55,617 nt of DNA from a virus (IMGVR_UViG_3300024231_000789:1-55617), one strand, 5' to 3'; positions 28,435 to 37,548 are shown, counted from the first letter of the stretch. The notes: generated by a model not told the origin, from the sequence alone. Translations and numbers: made by a program.

Positions 28435-28693
28435 ACTGGCACTTCTGTTACCAGGTAGTACCCACCCTTGCATACCTAAATTAGGCTGCTAATGCCATTG
28501 CTGGCGCATAATTGTTATTTGCAATTATAAAATTTAACCTATTACGCTGTTACCCGGTTAACTCCACTTCACTTTCACACCTGTCGATCCTAGTTCAGCC
28601 CCATCATAAAAACATTCAGCAAATGTGCTTATGGTGGAGCTGCTCGGTACTGCCCCGAGGTCCAGTATGTGTCCACGTTACTTCAACGTTAAC
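28435..28693 (-). ncRNA. ssrA: Two-piece (circularly permuted) tmRNA, alphaproteobacterial type
   Basis: Acceptor piece ends CTCGG-GGCAGTA-CCGAG-CAGCTCC-ACCA (CCA ends at 28632); intervening hairpin; coding piece starts GGGGCTG at 28602 (G3:U70); tag ORF 28522..28481 ANNNYAPAMALAA*; outer ends approximate. Confidence 0.93.
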
Positions 28694-28698
28694 ATCAT

Positions 28699-28729
28699 TA
28701 TTTATAACATATATACATTTATGTGTCAA
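28699..28729 (-). promoter_or_regulatory. Composite sigma70 / late promoter of the tmRNA
   Basis: TTGACA-17 nt-TATAAA, with the -10 element also reading TATAAATA. Confidence 0.7.
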
Positions 28730-28734
28730 GAACT

Positions 28735-28935
28735 TTATTTAGAAGGAGTTAATTTTATATATGACTCATCTAATTCAATAGGAATACAATCTATCCCTTG
28801 GCCTTTATTTTTTACCAATATGTGTGCTTTGCTAAGTTCTTTACCACAGTCTTCTACTGTTAAATATGTTCCTACATGATAATATTGCATATCACCAGCA
28901 GGTGTTATTGCTAACCAAATTAATATCCACAACAT
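28735..28935 (-). CDS. Small protein with two Cys
   Basis: Hydrophobic N-terminus; GGGGAG RBS. Confidence 0.55.
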   Translation of the reverse strand: MLWILIWLAITPAGDMQYYHVGTYLTVEDCGKELSKAHILVKNKGQGIDCIPIELDESYIKLTPSK

Positions 28936-28939
28936 GTTG

Positions 28940-29413
28940 CTATCTCCCCGTTGTTACTAGCCATATGATAAAGAACAATACTCCGCCGCCTATCAAAAAA
29001 GTTATAAGTCCTACAATCCAAGCCATAATAGTTTCTTGACGTTCAATTTTAGCATACTCTTGCTCTCTTCTTTGTTTACGCATCTTTGCTTCAATTGCAA
29101 CAATTTCTTTCCATGCACTTGGACCATAAAATGTACTGATATAGTTGCGTAGTTCTTCACGCATTTCTTTTGCTTTTTGTTTATGTCCCCAGATTTCCAG
29201 AGCGTTTTGTTCTATTTGACTTGCTCCAAAAATCTTTTTAAACATTGGTGGATTTTCAGCCTTTGCATGTGCAAAGTCCAAATCACTCATGGCTGATGCA
29301 AATTGTCCTAAAGACTTGCCCATATCTGCGACTTCTTTGCCTGCATTAATAGCCTGCTTTACTGTATTAAATGCGGCAGTCGCCAGACCGATGGCGCTGA
29401 TTGGATCTATCAT
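28940..29413 (-). CDS. Helical protein with C-terminal TM anchor
   Basis: MIDPISAIG...; AGGAG RBS. Confidence 0.65.
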   Translation of the reverse strand: MIDPISAIGLATAAFNTVKQAINAGKEVADMGKSLGQFASAMSDLDFAHAKAENPPMFKKIFGASQIEQNALEIWGHKQKAKEMREELRNYISTFYGPSAWKEIVAIEAKMRKQRREQEYAKIERQETIMAWIVGLITFLIGGGVLFFIIWLVTTGR

Positions 29414-29487
29414 TTTAAAACTCTCCTTATGTTTGTGCTTACACTAATATTTAAGTACACTTTTAAGGAGATTTAAACAGTGTTTAA

Positions 29488-30297
29488 TTATACTCCAGTA
29501 GTAGTATTTTGTTTTGAAAAGTTGCCACGTCTAGCAATGTTAACAATGTGCGGCAAACCAACCAATATATTTCCTATATCTGTTCTTTGAAATACATCGT
29601 TCCATAATGAATGATCTCTCATATGATTATTTCCTGCATGATGATCTATACAACGTTCTAATAAAATAGGAAAGGGAGTTTTTTGTAGTTGCTCTAGTGC
29701 TTTACTGTTGTGCATAAAAAATATATCGTCAAATTCAATTATATTCATATTAGCATTCCATTTGACTTCACCCTGTGTTAGTGTAAATTTATCATCGTAT
29801 GTTGTATGATCAAATATTCTTGTCATATATTGATCAAGTTTTTCATGCCATCTTTCACAAAGAAACTCTTTATCTTTGTTAACTAAATTATTGTCCCATC
29901 TCCATCTTATTATCCAATCATATTCATGTGGATCATCTATTAAATTATAACATTCAAAAGCAGACCAATGTTGTGAATATGATCTTACAGAATAATTTAG
30001 ACCTTCTTCCACAAAGTCAGGATTGGTAATTCTTATCTCACCTTCCATTGTTCTAAAGCATCTATTCATAAAATCTTCTGCTACCCATTTTCTAACATCA
30101 TCATGATCAATAACTTTAATTTTTTTATAATCAAATTTAGATCTATCTACAGGTCTGCAGCTTTTCCAATGTACGCCATATAAGTCAACATTATAATGCT
30201 TTAAATGTTCTAAAAATTCTTTTAGATCATCCCCCTCTGTATCTCTGTTCTGATTAAATGTACGTGTTTGTCCTGATATACATATTGCTATTTTCAT
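29488..30297 (-). CDS. Glycosyltransferase-like hypothetical protein
   Basis: MKIAICISGQTR...YDWIIRWRWD...DDIFF pattern. Confidence 0.45.
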   Translation of the reverse strand: MKIAICISGQTRTFNQNRDTEGDDLKEFLEHLKHYNVDLYGVHWKSCRPVDRSKFDYKKIKVIDHDDVRKWVAEDFMNRCFRTMEGEIRITNPDFVEEGLNYSVRSYSQHWSAFECYNLIDDPHEYDWIIRWRWDNNLVNKDKEFLCERWHEKLDQYMTRIFDHTTYDDKFTLTQGEVKWNANMNIIEFDDIFFMHNSKALEQLQKTPFPILLERCIDHHAGNNHMRDHSLWNDVFQRTDIGNILVGLPHIVNIARRGNFSKQNTTTGV

Positions 30298-30341
30298 TAT
30301 ATAAAACCTCCAAAAATATTTATACTTAAATAAATACTAAC

Positions 30342-30662
30342 ATGGAAACACAAGCAATTGCAGAAAATTTAGTAGTATCTGTGCAACCTATTATTATATT
30401 ACTGGTTGCAGGGATTATTGGACTCTGGCTTAAAGACTTTATGACAAGTGTTGTGGCTAGTTTAAAATGGAAAATGAAGCCTGGATTTGAACCTGGAGAC
30501 ACTGTCTTTTTAGATGGAGAATCAGCAGTAATTATAAGCATAGGCTATAGAGAAACTGTATTTGAGATAGATAACGGTAGAGGAAAAGTTTGGCGTTATA
30601 TAGAAAACACAAGAATTCCAACACACAGACTTGAACAAATAATAATAAAGAAAGAAAAATAA
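30342..30662 (+). CDS. Minimal MscS-like protein
   Basis: TM helix, LKDFM, FEPGDTVFLDG...V..IG beta domain. Confidence 0.6.
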   Translation: METQAIAENLVVSVQPIIILLVAGIIGLWLKDFMTSVVASLKWKMKPGFEPGDTVFLDGESAVIISIGYRETVFEIDNGRGKVWRYIENTRIPTHRLEQIIIKKEK

Positions 30663-30663
30663 A

Positions 30664-31407
30664 ATGATTGATATGCAAATGGCGCTACGTTGCTCTCGTT
30701 TAAGCGATTGGGCTTACGGAGACTTACAACAGTTTAAAGATAATTTAATAAAACATGGCTACATCTTAAAGAGCTTAAAGTTTTTTAGTAGAGGAGGTGC
30801 CCAAGCATATGGAATGGAAACCAAAACTGGTGAAATTGTTATTGTATTCAGAGGAACAGAGCCAACACAATTAAGTGATATAATTGCAGATTTGAAAGCA
30901 TGGCCAAGTTTTAGTGAAACACGTGGTAAAGTACATGGTGGATTTAAAGACGAACTTAATAAAATTGAAGATTTAATTTTAGAATGGATGCCTAGCAAAA
31001 AAGATAAAACTGTTATTTGTACAGGACATAGCCTAGGTGCAGCAATGGCATCTATCTTTGCCGCTAGACTTCATAGCAGAGATATAGATGCAAAACTATA
31101 TACTTTCGGAAGTCCTAGAGTTGGTGATAAAATTTGGGCAAAACAATTTGAAAATATTGATGCATATAGATTTGTTAATAATAATGATATAGTATGTCGA
31201 GTACCTACTGATTTTTATTATGAACACGTAGGAGAGGTACATTACTTCTCATATAGTGGCAAGGTAATGATAAATGTAGGAGCATGGGCTCGCTTTAAAG
31301 ATAGAATTAAAAGTAGACTTAGATGTGTTGCTAAACTAGAATTATTTGATGCATTATATGACCATAACATGTCCAAATATACTGCTAGGGTTGATGAAAA
31401 TAAATAA
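30664..31407 (+). CDS. Class 3 lipase
   Basis: FRGT, VHGGF, TGHSLGAA, TFGSPRVG, NDIVCRVP, C-terminal DH. Confidence 0.92.
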   Translation: MIDMQMALRCSRLSDWAYGDLQQFKDNLIKHGYILKSLKFFSRGGAQAYGMETKTGEIVIVFRGTEPTQLSDIIADLKAWPSFSETRGKVHGGFKDELNKIEDLILEWMPSKKDKTVICTGHSLGAAMASIFAARLHSRDIDAKLYTFGSPRVGDKIWAKQFENIDAYRFVNNNDIVCRVPTDFYYEHVGEVHYFSYSGKVMINVGAWARFKDRIKSRLRCVAKLELFDALYDHNMSKYTARVDENK

Positions 31408-32377
31408 TTTCATCTTCTGTTTGGCCTTGGCTCCAAGTACCTTCTAGACATTTAATTACACAGCCCTGCTTATGCTTAGACACTGTACTATCCAGTTGTT
31501 CTTGACTTCCTACTAGTTCAGCTCTAACAAGATCATAGCAAGGATTTTCTACCTTATCCAAGGCTAACATCATCATATGCTCTATACCATTGTATCTCCA
31601 GTTATACCCTATTCTTGAATCTTTGCCAAGTACAAAGCCATCATATCTTACTGCATCCCATAGCATAAATCTTACATTGCTTGGATCACTATCCAGCACT
31701 TCTTGATTTTCTGTACTTACTACATTATTTTTTTCATCAATCACCACTGCATGACCATCATACATTGTATTTTGTCCTTGCGATAGCTTAATAAAATCGT
31801 CATTATGTATTGTAAAATTTTCTATTTCTTCTCCTGATTTTAATCTATAGGAGACCTTTTCATCATTTACAATTATATTAACTCTTAACCCTCTACTAAC
31901 AGGTTGTACTGCTGCAGGAAATTTATCATAATTATCCACAGTCCCCACTGTTGCATATCTAATAGGATAGGATGTAATTAGTCCTGGCCATACTTTGTTA
32001 ATTGTACTAATTTCTAGTCCCAAAGTTTCTGCCATAGTTTGATTTAATAGTAATAGGAATACAGGTGCATCCATGTCATTCATATGCATAAATGCCATTC
32101 TACATGCAAACTCAGCTTCTTTTTTATCAAACTTTTTTGATATTATATCTTCTATTATATGCATAAACCTAGGGAGACCCATACCGAATTTTTTGCCCAT
32201 GTGTTTAGGTTCAAACTCTTGCATGCCAAAATTTAACCAAGGATTATAAGCAATCTCGATTATTTTTTGTATACTAGATTCTTTTTGATATTTTTTAAGA
32301 ATATCATATTTTGCTTGTTGTTTGTTAGACAGTTGTACATTAGTAACAAAGCTAGACAATAATGCTATTTTACTCAT
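31385..32377 (-). CDS. Degenerate ATP-dependent DNA ligase homologue
   Basis: T4-gp30-like N-terminal domain (...TINKVWPGLI); motif I reads QPVSRGLR, III YDGH, IIIa FMLWD, IV QGCVIK; no OB domain. Confidence 0.65.
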   Translation of the reverse strand: MSKIALLSSFVTNVQLSNKQQAKYDILKKYQKESSIQKIIEIAYNPWLNFGMQEFEPKHMGKKFGMGLPRFMHIIEDIISKKFDKKEAEFACRMAFMHMNDMDAPVFLLLLNQTMAETLGLEISTINKVWPGLITSYPIRYATVGTVDNYDKFPAAVQPVSRGLRVNIIVNDEKVSYRLKSGEEIENFTIHNDDFIKLSQGQNTMYDGHAVVIDEKNNVVSTENQEVLDSDPSNVRFMLWDAVRYDGFVLGKDSRIGYNWRYNGIEHMMMLALDKVENPCYDLVRAELVGSQEQLDSTVSKHKQGCVIKCLEGTWSQGQTEDEIIYFHQP

Positions 32378-32407
32378 ACTACTATTTATGTATGTACTTA
32401 ATGATAA

Positions 32408-32431
32408 AAACTAGCACCTAGGTGCTAGTTT
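32408..32431 (-). terminator. Terminator hairpin
   Basis: AAACTAGCACCTAGGTGCTAGTTT palindrome followed by a T tract on the minus strand. Confidence 0.65.
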
Positions 32432-32616
32432 AAATTAGTTGGACTATATTGTTCTCCGTTATAACCTGGATAAGTATCATCTTCTACTCCAAAGTTACAA
32501 CTTGCAACGATAAGCAAAAATACTACTGCTGCATATGTTGTGCGCTTGCTCCATAAAATAAAACCATCAAACGCTACTTCAGCTTGCTTTTGCGCATCTT
32601 TCTTTACTTTACTCAA
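32425..32616 (-). CDS. Small membrane protein resembling aa3-type cytochrome c oxidase subunit IV
   Basis: QAEVAFDGF followed by one TM helix. Confidence 0.4.
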   Translation of the reverse strand: MSKVKKDAQKQAEVAFDGFILWSKRTTYAAVVFLLIVASCNFGVEDDTYPGYNGEQYSPTNLN

Positions 32617-33026
32617 TTTCTATTTCCTCGTAGTGCAAAATACATTCCACCTACCCATAACAGTACATGTAGGTTATCATATAAAATAACATCCATAAAA
32701 CTGTCAGGTTGGCCTACCCATATTACACCTGTCATAATACTACAAATTGTAATACCTGAAAATCTTGTTATCAAGTCTTGTAGTTCTTTTATTTTTTTAA
32801 TAATTACTGCACCGCCCACAAGCAATCCAATACCTGCGCCTATTTCACCGTACACCACAAACCACCAAACAAGTGCTGGTAGTTCCATAGATGCCGCATC
32901 ATCTGCACTGAATGGTAATTTGCTTAATCCTTGTTGAAGGAATACAATAGCTAAAGGTATTCTTAAAAGCCAATGGCTCATACAAAATTCTGGAATTCTA
33001 TCTACTACGTTTTTAATTCTTAACAT
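32613..33026 (-). CDS. DoxX family membrane protein
   Basis: LLRIPLAIVFLQQGLSK...GEIGAGIGLLVG...TR; about four TM segments. Confidence 0.75.
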   Translation of the reverse strand: MLRIKNVVDRIPEFCMSHWLLRIPLAIVFLQQGLSKLPFSADDAASMELPALVWWFVVYGEIGAGIGLLVGGAVIIKKIKELQDLITRFSGITICSIMTGVIWVGQPDSFMDVILYDNLHVLLWVGGMYFALRGNRN

Positions 33027-33106
33027 TTCTATTTCAAATCCTTTTTATTTGCCGCCCTTTTTCTTTGGGACTGGTTTTTTAAAGTATGTATGATCTGGAT
33101 CTATCA

Positions 33107-33241
33107 TTAGTAACTCGGATACATTTTGTGTTTGAACTCTGAAATCTCATCAGCTTTTTTATAATAGCCTCTGTTTCTTAGTTCTCTGATTGCCATACAA
33201 TAACTTCTGTATTCCATTGCTTTAATAAATTTCTTAAACAT
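33107..33241 (-). CDS. Small hypothetical protein (44 aa, not in the ORF track)
   Basis: MFKKFIKAMEYRSYCMAIRELRNRGYY...; TAATG coupling. Confidence 0.55.
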   Translation of the reverse strand: MFKKFIKAMEYRSYCMAIRELRNRGYYKKADEISEFKHKMYPSY

Positions 33242-33423
33242 TAATCAATCCTTGTCATTAAACGTTTTGCTTCTTCGTGGTAGCCTTCTCTCCATAGTGC
33301 TTCAGCTGCTCTTGCTCTGCCTGCTGATTCACCAATTGCCCATGCACCCATTGCAAATGCTACTAGGCCTCTACTCAGTGTCTTACCTAAATTAGATGTT
33401 CTTTTCATTACTAGCGTACCCAT
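33241..33423 (-). CDS. Small hypothetical protein
   Basis: GESAGRARAAEALWREGY; coupled to the DUF1127 gene. Confidence 0.6.
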   Translation of the reverse strand: MGTLVMKRTSNLGKTLSRGLVAFAMGAWAIGESAGRARAAEALWREGYHEEAKRLMTRID

Positions 33424-33662
33424 TATACAAAACCTCTTAGATTAGCATTAGTTTCAATTACTACTTGATCAACTAGTTTAACTGGCTCTGGTTTCTTATA
33501 CGAACTATGTGCAACATGCCAAATGTCGCCACGTGCAATACCAATATCATTTAATTCATGATTGGTTAATTTATTAAGTTCTTTGATAGTAGTACGAACA
33601 GCTGCTCTGTACTCTCTATTTCTATTAAAGTTAATTAGTGATGTGATAATACTGTTAATCAT
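33423..33662 (-). CDS. DUF1127 family protein
   Basis: RTTIKELNKLTNHELNDIGIARGDI. Confidence 0.85.
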   Translation of the reverse strand: MINSIITSLINFNRNREYRAAVRTTIKELNKLTNHELNDIGIARGDIWHVAHSSYKKPEPVKLVDQVVIETNANLRGFV

Positions 33663-33847
33663 TCGTTTATTCCTTGTGTGTGTCTAGTAGGCGCCTGCCC
33701 ATTATTTTCCAACATATAGTTGTAAGCAAACTGCCAATCGTTTGCATATTCTGTTTTTGCCCATGTAAGTAAATCTTTTCTATAACCGGAAGACATCTTG
33801 CCGCCGCCAAAAAGACTTGTGAAGGCACCAAATACGTTTAGTGTCAT
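33659..33847 (-). CDS. Small hypothetical protein
   Basis: WAKTEYANDWQFAY; GGAG before the ATG at 33847. Confidence 0.65.
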   Translation of the reverse strand: MTLNVFGAFTSLFGGGKMSSGYRKDLLTWAKTEYANDWQFAYNYMLENNGQAPTRHTQGINE

Positions 33848-33867
33848 TTTATTTCTCCATTTGTTCG

Positions 33868-33990
33868 GATGCTTGAGGAATAGCAATACCCCGTGTCTAT
33901 CCACGGCGCCGCTCTTTTTACGGATGAGTTATCCGCTTGTCTTTCCAAGTGCCACTCATTTTTTCTAAGCTGAGGTCGCTTTGTTTACAA
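33868..33990 (-). ncRNA. Candidate structured leader RNA
   Basis: GC-richer multi-hairpin segment between TATAAATA (33994-34001) and the RBS. Confidence 0.4.
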
Positions 33991-34088
33991 ATCTATTTAT
34001 AGCGCAAATCACAAGATCACGACTGCACGACCGTAAAAAACGATATGCATCTACTGCATACCTATTGCATACCTATTACTCGTGAAAA

Positions 34089-34114
34089 GACAGTGACATT
34101 AAGTGCCACTGTCT
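34089..34114 (-). terminator. Terminator after hsp20
   Basis: AGACAGTG...CACTGTCT hairpin followed by a T tract on the minus strand. Confidence 0.65.
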
Positions 34115-34123
34115 AAATTAATT

Positions 34124-34552
34124 TTACTTGATTTCGATTGCTCGAGGCTGCTTCTCTTCTGGTACGATACGCTCTAGTTCAATATAAAGCATTCCGTTTT
34201 CCATTTGCGCACCATTTACTACCACATCATCAGATAGTGTCCATACTCTACGGAATTTACGTTGTGCAATACCTTTGTGAAGCCATTTGGTTGATTCTGT
34301 ATCAATTTCTTCTGGGCTGTGCGCAATTGTAAGTTGACCGTTTTCTGTTGTAATGTCTAGGTCTTCTTTACGAACACCTGCTAGTGCAATTTCAATTTGG
34401 AAGTTGTTGCCTTCTTGGCGGATATTATAAGGCGGATAACCTGTGCTTGCCGCATTACCGTCTACATAACGGAACATATCTTCAAAAATTTTATCAAAAC
34501 CTACAGCATATGGTGTAAGTTTATTCAGGTCGAGTGTTGTTAGTCTTGTCAT
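34124..34552 (-). CDS. Small heat-shock protein (Hsp20, IbpA-like)
   Basis: YPPYNI, IALAG, HKGIAQRKF, ENGML.IEL.R.VPEE..PR.IEI. Confidence 0.93.
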   Translation of the reverse strand: MTRLTTLDLNKLTPYAVGFDKIFEDMFRYVDGNAASTGYPPYNIRQEGNNFQIEIALAGVRKEDLDITTENGQLTIAHSPEEIDTESTKWLHKGIAQRKFRRVWTLSDDVVVNGAQMENGMLYIELERIVPEEKQPRAIEIK

Positions 34553-34603
34553 AATTTATCTCCTTTTAAGCAAGATTAGTATTGAGACCCTTTAGGCGTC
34601 TCA
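34550..34603 (-). promoter_or_regulatory. ROSE-like RNA thermometer
   Basis: TGAGAC..GTCTCA hairpin, then ATCTTGCTT-AA-AAGGAGAT hairpin sequestering the SD with a bulged G. Confidence 0.7.
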
Positions 34604-34614
34604 GTTGTTAGTGA

Positions 34615-35397
34615 CTAAAAGAACCTTTTTACCTTTACATTCTTAGGTATAGGAGTGCCGTCACGTTTTGCACTCTTAGGCCCAAAATCAAATACATCGT
34701 CGATAGGAAAAGTTCTTATATCTTCACTTTTTATATCCAAGTACGGCTTTGTATCTAAGTTTGTTTCGTCTTCGTGGGCTACAAGATATTCTAGATCTCT
34801 TGTTTGGTACCATGCCAGACTTTCATCTGGATATCCAACCCCCACGACAATAATTGGCTCATAGCGAGGAATATCTTCATACCCTAGCCATTTTCTCCAT
34901 TCATCTGGATTAGCATCACCATTATGCATAGTATTTTGACTATATCCAGTGCGTAGTCCCATCATATTTGCTGCTAGAACCATTTGTCCTGAGCTAATGC
35001 CTACTGATTTTTGTTGGGTCTTTCCAAATTCTTCATCAAATAATTCATTAATGCCAGGACCAGATTCGTCTGCTGCCCAAATATCTTTATGTAAATCTTC
35101 CGGTGGTGTTTTACCGTAGATAAAGATACATGGTGCATGAACTTGTGTGTTGTGCATTGCACTATTTGTTTTTTTCCAATGATACCCCCATGTAAATCTC
35201 GCTGCATGTTCTTTAAGCATATCTTCGTTTGTAATTACTGTGAGATTAAAATCAACCTCATTTTGTTTGCTCGGTGCGTTGACTGCTATTTCTGTTAAAA
35301 AATCAATAGTCTCTTGGTCCACTTTTTTGTCTGACCAGTTGCGTTGTGCTTTGCGACTTTGGTGCATAGCTTTTAATATAAAATCTTTATCTATCAT
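34615..35397 (-). CDS. Nitroreductase family protein
   Basis: RKAQRNW, APSKQN, GISSG, AANMMGLRTG, GVGYP; start taken as the ATG at 35397. Confidence 0.75.
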   Translation of the reverse strand: MIDKDFILKAMHQSRKAQRNWSDKKVDQETIDFLTEIAVNAPSKQNEVDFNLTVITNEDMLKEHAARFTWGYHWKKTNSAMHNTQVHAPCIFIYGKTPPEDLHKDIWAADESGPGINELFDEEFGKTQQKSVGISSGQMVLAANMMGLRTGYSQNTMHNGDANPDEWRKWLGYEDIPRYEPIIVVGVGYPDESLAWYQTRDLEYLVAHEDETNLDTKPYLDIKSEDIRTFPIDDVFDFGPKSAKRDGTPIPKNVKVKRFF

Positions 35398-35413
35398 ACT
35401 TCTATTTATCTTA

Positions 35414-36595
35414 TTAATTGCCAATCGTTGATGATTCGTAAACTGGATTATGTGTTTGTGTACATCTTACAAACGTTGTACATTTGCTAAGTTGTTTCAG
35501 CTTCAATGCACCTGCATATGTGCATGTTGAGCGAATGCCTCCTAGGATATTCTGTATTGTGTTTTCAACTTCTCCTCGATAAGGCACTAACACTGTACGA
35601 CCCTCACTTGAACGATAGTTTTTTAATCCACCAAAATGCTTATCGTTTGCACTTTCACTACTCATGCCGTAGAACTGCACATAACGTTTTTCTTTTACTT
35701 TACGTTTATGGTTACTTAAATGATCACCAACTTCGTATTCTAATTCATCTGTTTCGTAATATCTTTTAATTACTTCACCACCGCCTTCATTGTGCCCAGC
35801 AAGCATACCACCAAGCATAACAAAATCTGCGCCGGCTGCAAAGGCTTTAGCGACATCTCCAGGGCAAGTACACCCACCGTCAGCAATAATGTGACCACCA
35901 AGTCCGTGTGCTGCATCAGCGCATTCGATGACCGCAGATAATTGCGGATATCCCACACCAGTTTGAATCCTAGTAGTGCAAACAGACCCGGGACCAATGC
36001 CCACTTTAATAATATCAGCTCCTGCAAGAATCAATTCCTCCGTCATTTCTCCGGTAACTACGTTACCTGCTATAATTACCAGTTCTGGAAACTGGTCACG
36101 TACTGTACGTACTCTTGCTGCAAAATGATCACTATAACCATTTGCAATATCCATACATACGTATTTTAAATTACCTCCAGCAGCTTTCTGAACATTAATT
36201 AACTTATAAAAGTCAGTATCACTTGTACCAATACTCATAGCAACATTGGCTGTACGCCCTGGATTTGCACTATTAAAATATTCTACAAGTTGCTCTGCTG
36301 AGTATGTTTTTACAAGACATGTAAAAATCTGTTGGCTGGCCAAAGTGTCTGCCATTTCAAATGTACCAACACCATCCATATTACTTGCCATAATAGGAAT
36401 ACCAGTGTAATGTGGTTCTTTGTATGGGCCAGCAGGATATCCTTGTGGCAATACATCAGTTGCTACAGCTGGTTCGTAATTGCGAAAGGTAAATTTACGT
36501 TCAAGACGTACTTGCTTTCGTGAACCTAGTGTACTACGTTTAGGACGTATTAATACATCCTTATAGTCTAGTTTTACATCTTGATCTATTCTCAT
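35414..36595 (-). CDS. guaC: GMP reductase
   Basis: [47 protein letters not shown]; start at the ATG at 36595. Confidence 0.93.
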   Translation of the reverse strand: MRIDQDVKLDYKDVLIRPKRSTLGSRKQVRLERKFTFRNYEPAVATDVLPQGYPAGPYKEPHYTGIPIMASNMDGVGTFEMADTLASQQIFTCLVKTYSAEQLVEYFNSANPGRTANVAMSIGTSDTDFYKLINVQKAAGGNLKYVCMDIANGYSDHFAARVRTVRDQFPELVIIAGNVVTGEMTEELILAGADIIKVGIGPGSVCTTRIQTGVGYPQLSAVIECADAAHGLGGHIIADGGCTCPGDVAKAFAAGADFVMLGGMLAGHNEGGGEVIKRYYETDELEYEVGDHLSNHKRKVKEKRYVQFYGMSSESANDKHFGGLKNYRSSEGRTVLVPYRGEVENTIQNILGGIRSTCTYAGALKLKQLSKCTTFVRCTQTHNPVYESSTIGN

Positions 36596-37131
36596 TTTAT
36601 TGTCAATCCTAATTTTTGTAACGACTGTTGTACACAAATAGCTTGTGCTTTACAATCTTCAAGTGCATTGTGTGCATCAAATTTTAATTCTTTTCTTGGG
36701 TCACTGGGCATAATTTGAAATAATGTTCTGCTATCTCTAATTTTCCAGAAGGGCCAAGGATAGTGATGATCATATTGCCTAAACATATTCTCTAATATAA
36801 CAATATCAAATGCCGGCCCTTGTGCCCAGATACAGTCTACATTGACACACCATTTATTAAGTGCATCTAGAACTTCCTTAACAGGTGTTCTATCTAAATC
36901 TCCTAATGCTTCTTCACGTATGTGTTTAGGCTGACGAGCCCACCAATCAAGAGTACTATCATCAGTAGTGCGGCCATTTGCCAACTGTTCATCGACATCA
37001 AACCTATGGTAGAAAAAGTCTCTACTTGGTGTACTGACATTTGGATCAAATTTACATCCTCCTATAGTCAAAGCGACTGTGTCTGGAGTGTGCCCTAAGG
37101 TCTCCAAATCAATCATTGCATGTAGTGTCAT
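36592..37131 (-). CDS. DEDDh 3'-5' exonuclease
   Basis: [26 protein letters not shown]. Confidence 0.85.
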   Translation of the reverse strand: MTLHAMIDLETLGHTPDTVALTIGGCKFDPNVSTPSRDFFYHRFDVDEQLANGRTTDDSTLDWWARQPKHIREEALGDLDRTPVKEVLDALNKWCVNVDCIWAQGPAFDIVILENMFRQYDHHYPWPFWKIRDSRTLFQIMPSDPRKELKFDAHNALEDCKAQAICVQQSLQKLGLTIK

Positions 37132-37548
37132 TTATTTCCTCTGTTCACAAACTCTATTTCTAAGATCTGTACTACTAAATCTATGATTACGACTGTTGAA
37201 ATATAAATCTATTCCTAACTTACGACATTCATTTTTACCAGTAAAGTCTTTTCTTTTATATTCTTCACCAAGTATTCTAACATCAATATCATACATTGTC
37301 AAGATATCAATTAGGTCTGCTTCAGTATTATATGGAATAATTTCGTCAACATATTTTACTGCTTTAAGCTGAGTGTATCTCTCTACAATTGTCTGTATAG
37401 GAGGATTTTTGCTTGTGGGACGATCCAAACTAGGATCCATTTGCAAGGCACAAATTAAATAATCGCATTGTGATTTGGCTTCACGCAACATTTGTATATG
37501 TCCTGCGTGTAATAAATCAAATGCAGATGCAGTAAATCCCACTGTCAT
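37132..37548 (-). CDS. Cytidylyltransferase (TagD-like)
   Basis: FDLLHAGH, YVDEIIPY, RFSST. Confidence 0.88.
   Translation of the reverse strand: MTVGFTASAFDLLHAGHIQMLREAKSQCDYLICALQMDPSLDRPTSKNPPIQTIVERYTQLKAVKYVDEIIPYNTEADLIDILTMYDIDVRILGEEYKRKDFTGKNECRKLGIDLYFNSRNHRFSSTDLRNRVCEQRK

Noticed and set aside
28600-28665. A fourth tRNA (Ala)
   Set aside because: No anticodon arm, and the halves are in permuted order; explained by the tmRNA
28512-28879. Plus-strand ORFs 28512..28742 and 28625..28879
   Set aside because: Antisense shadows of the tmRNA and the adjacent minus-strand gene
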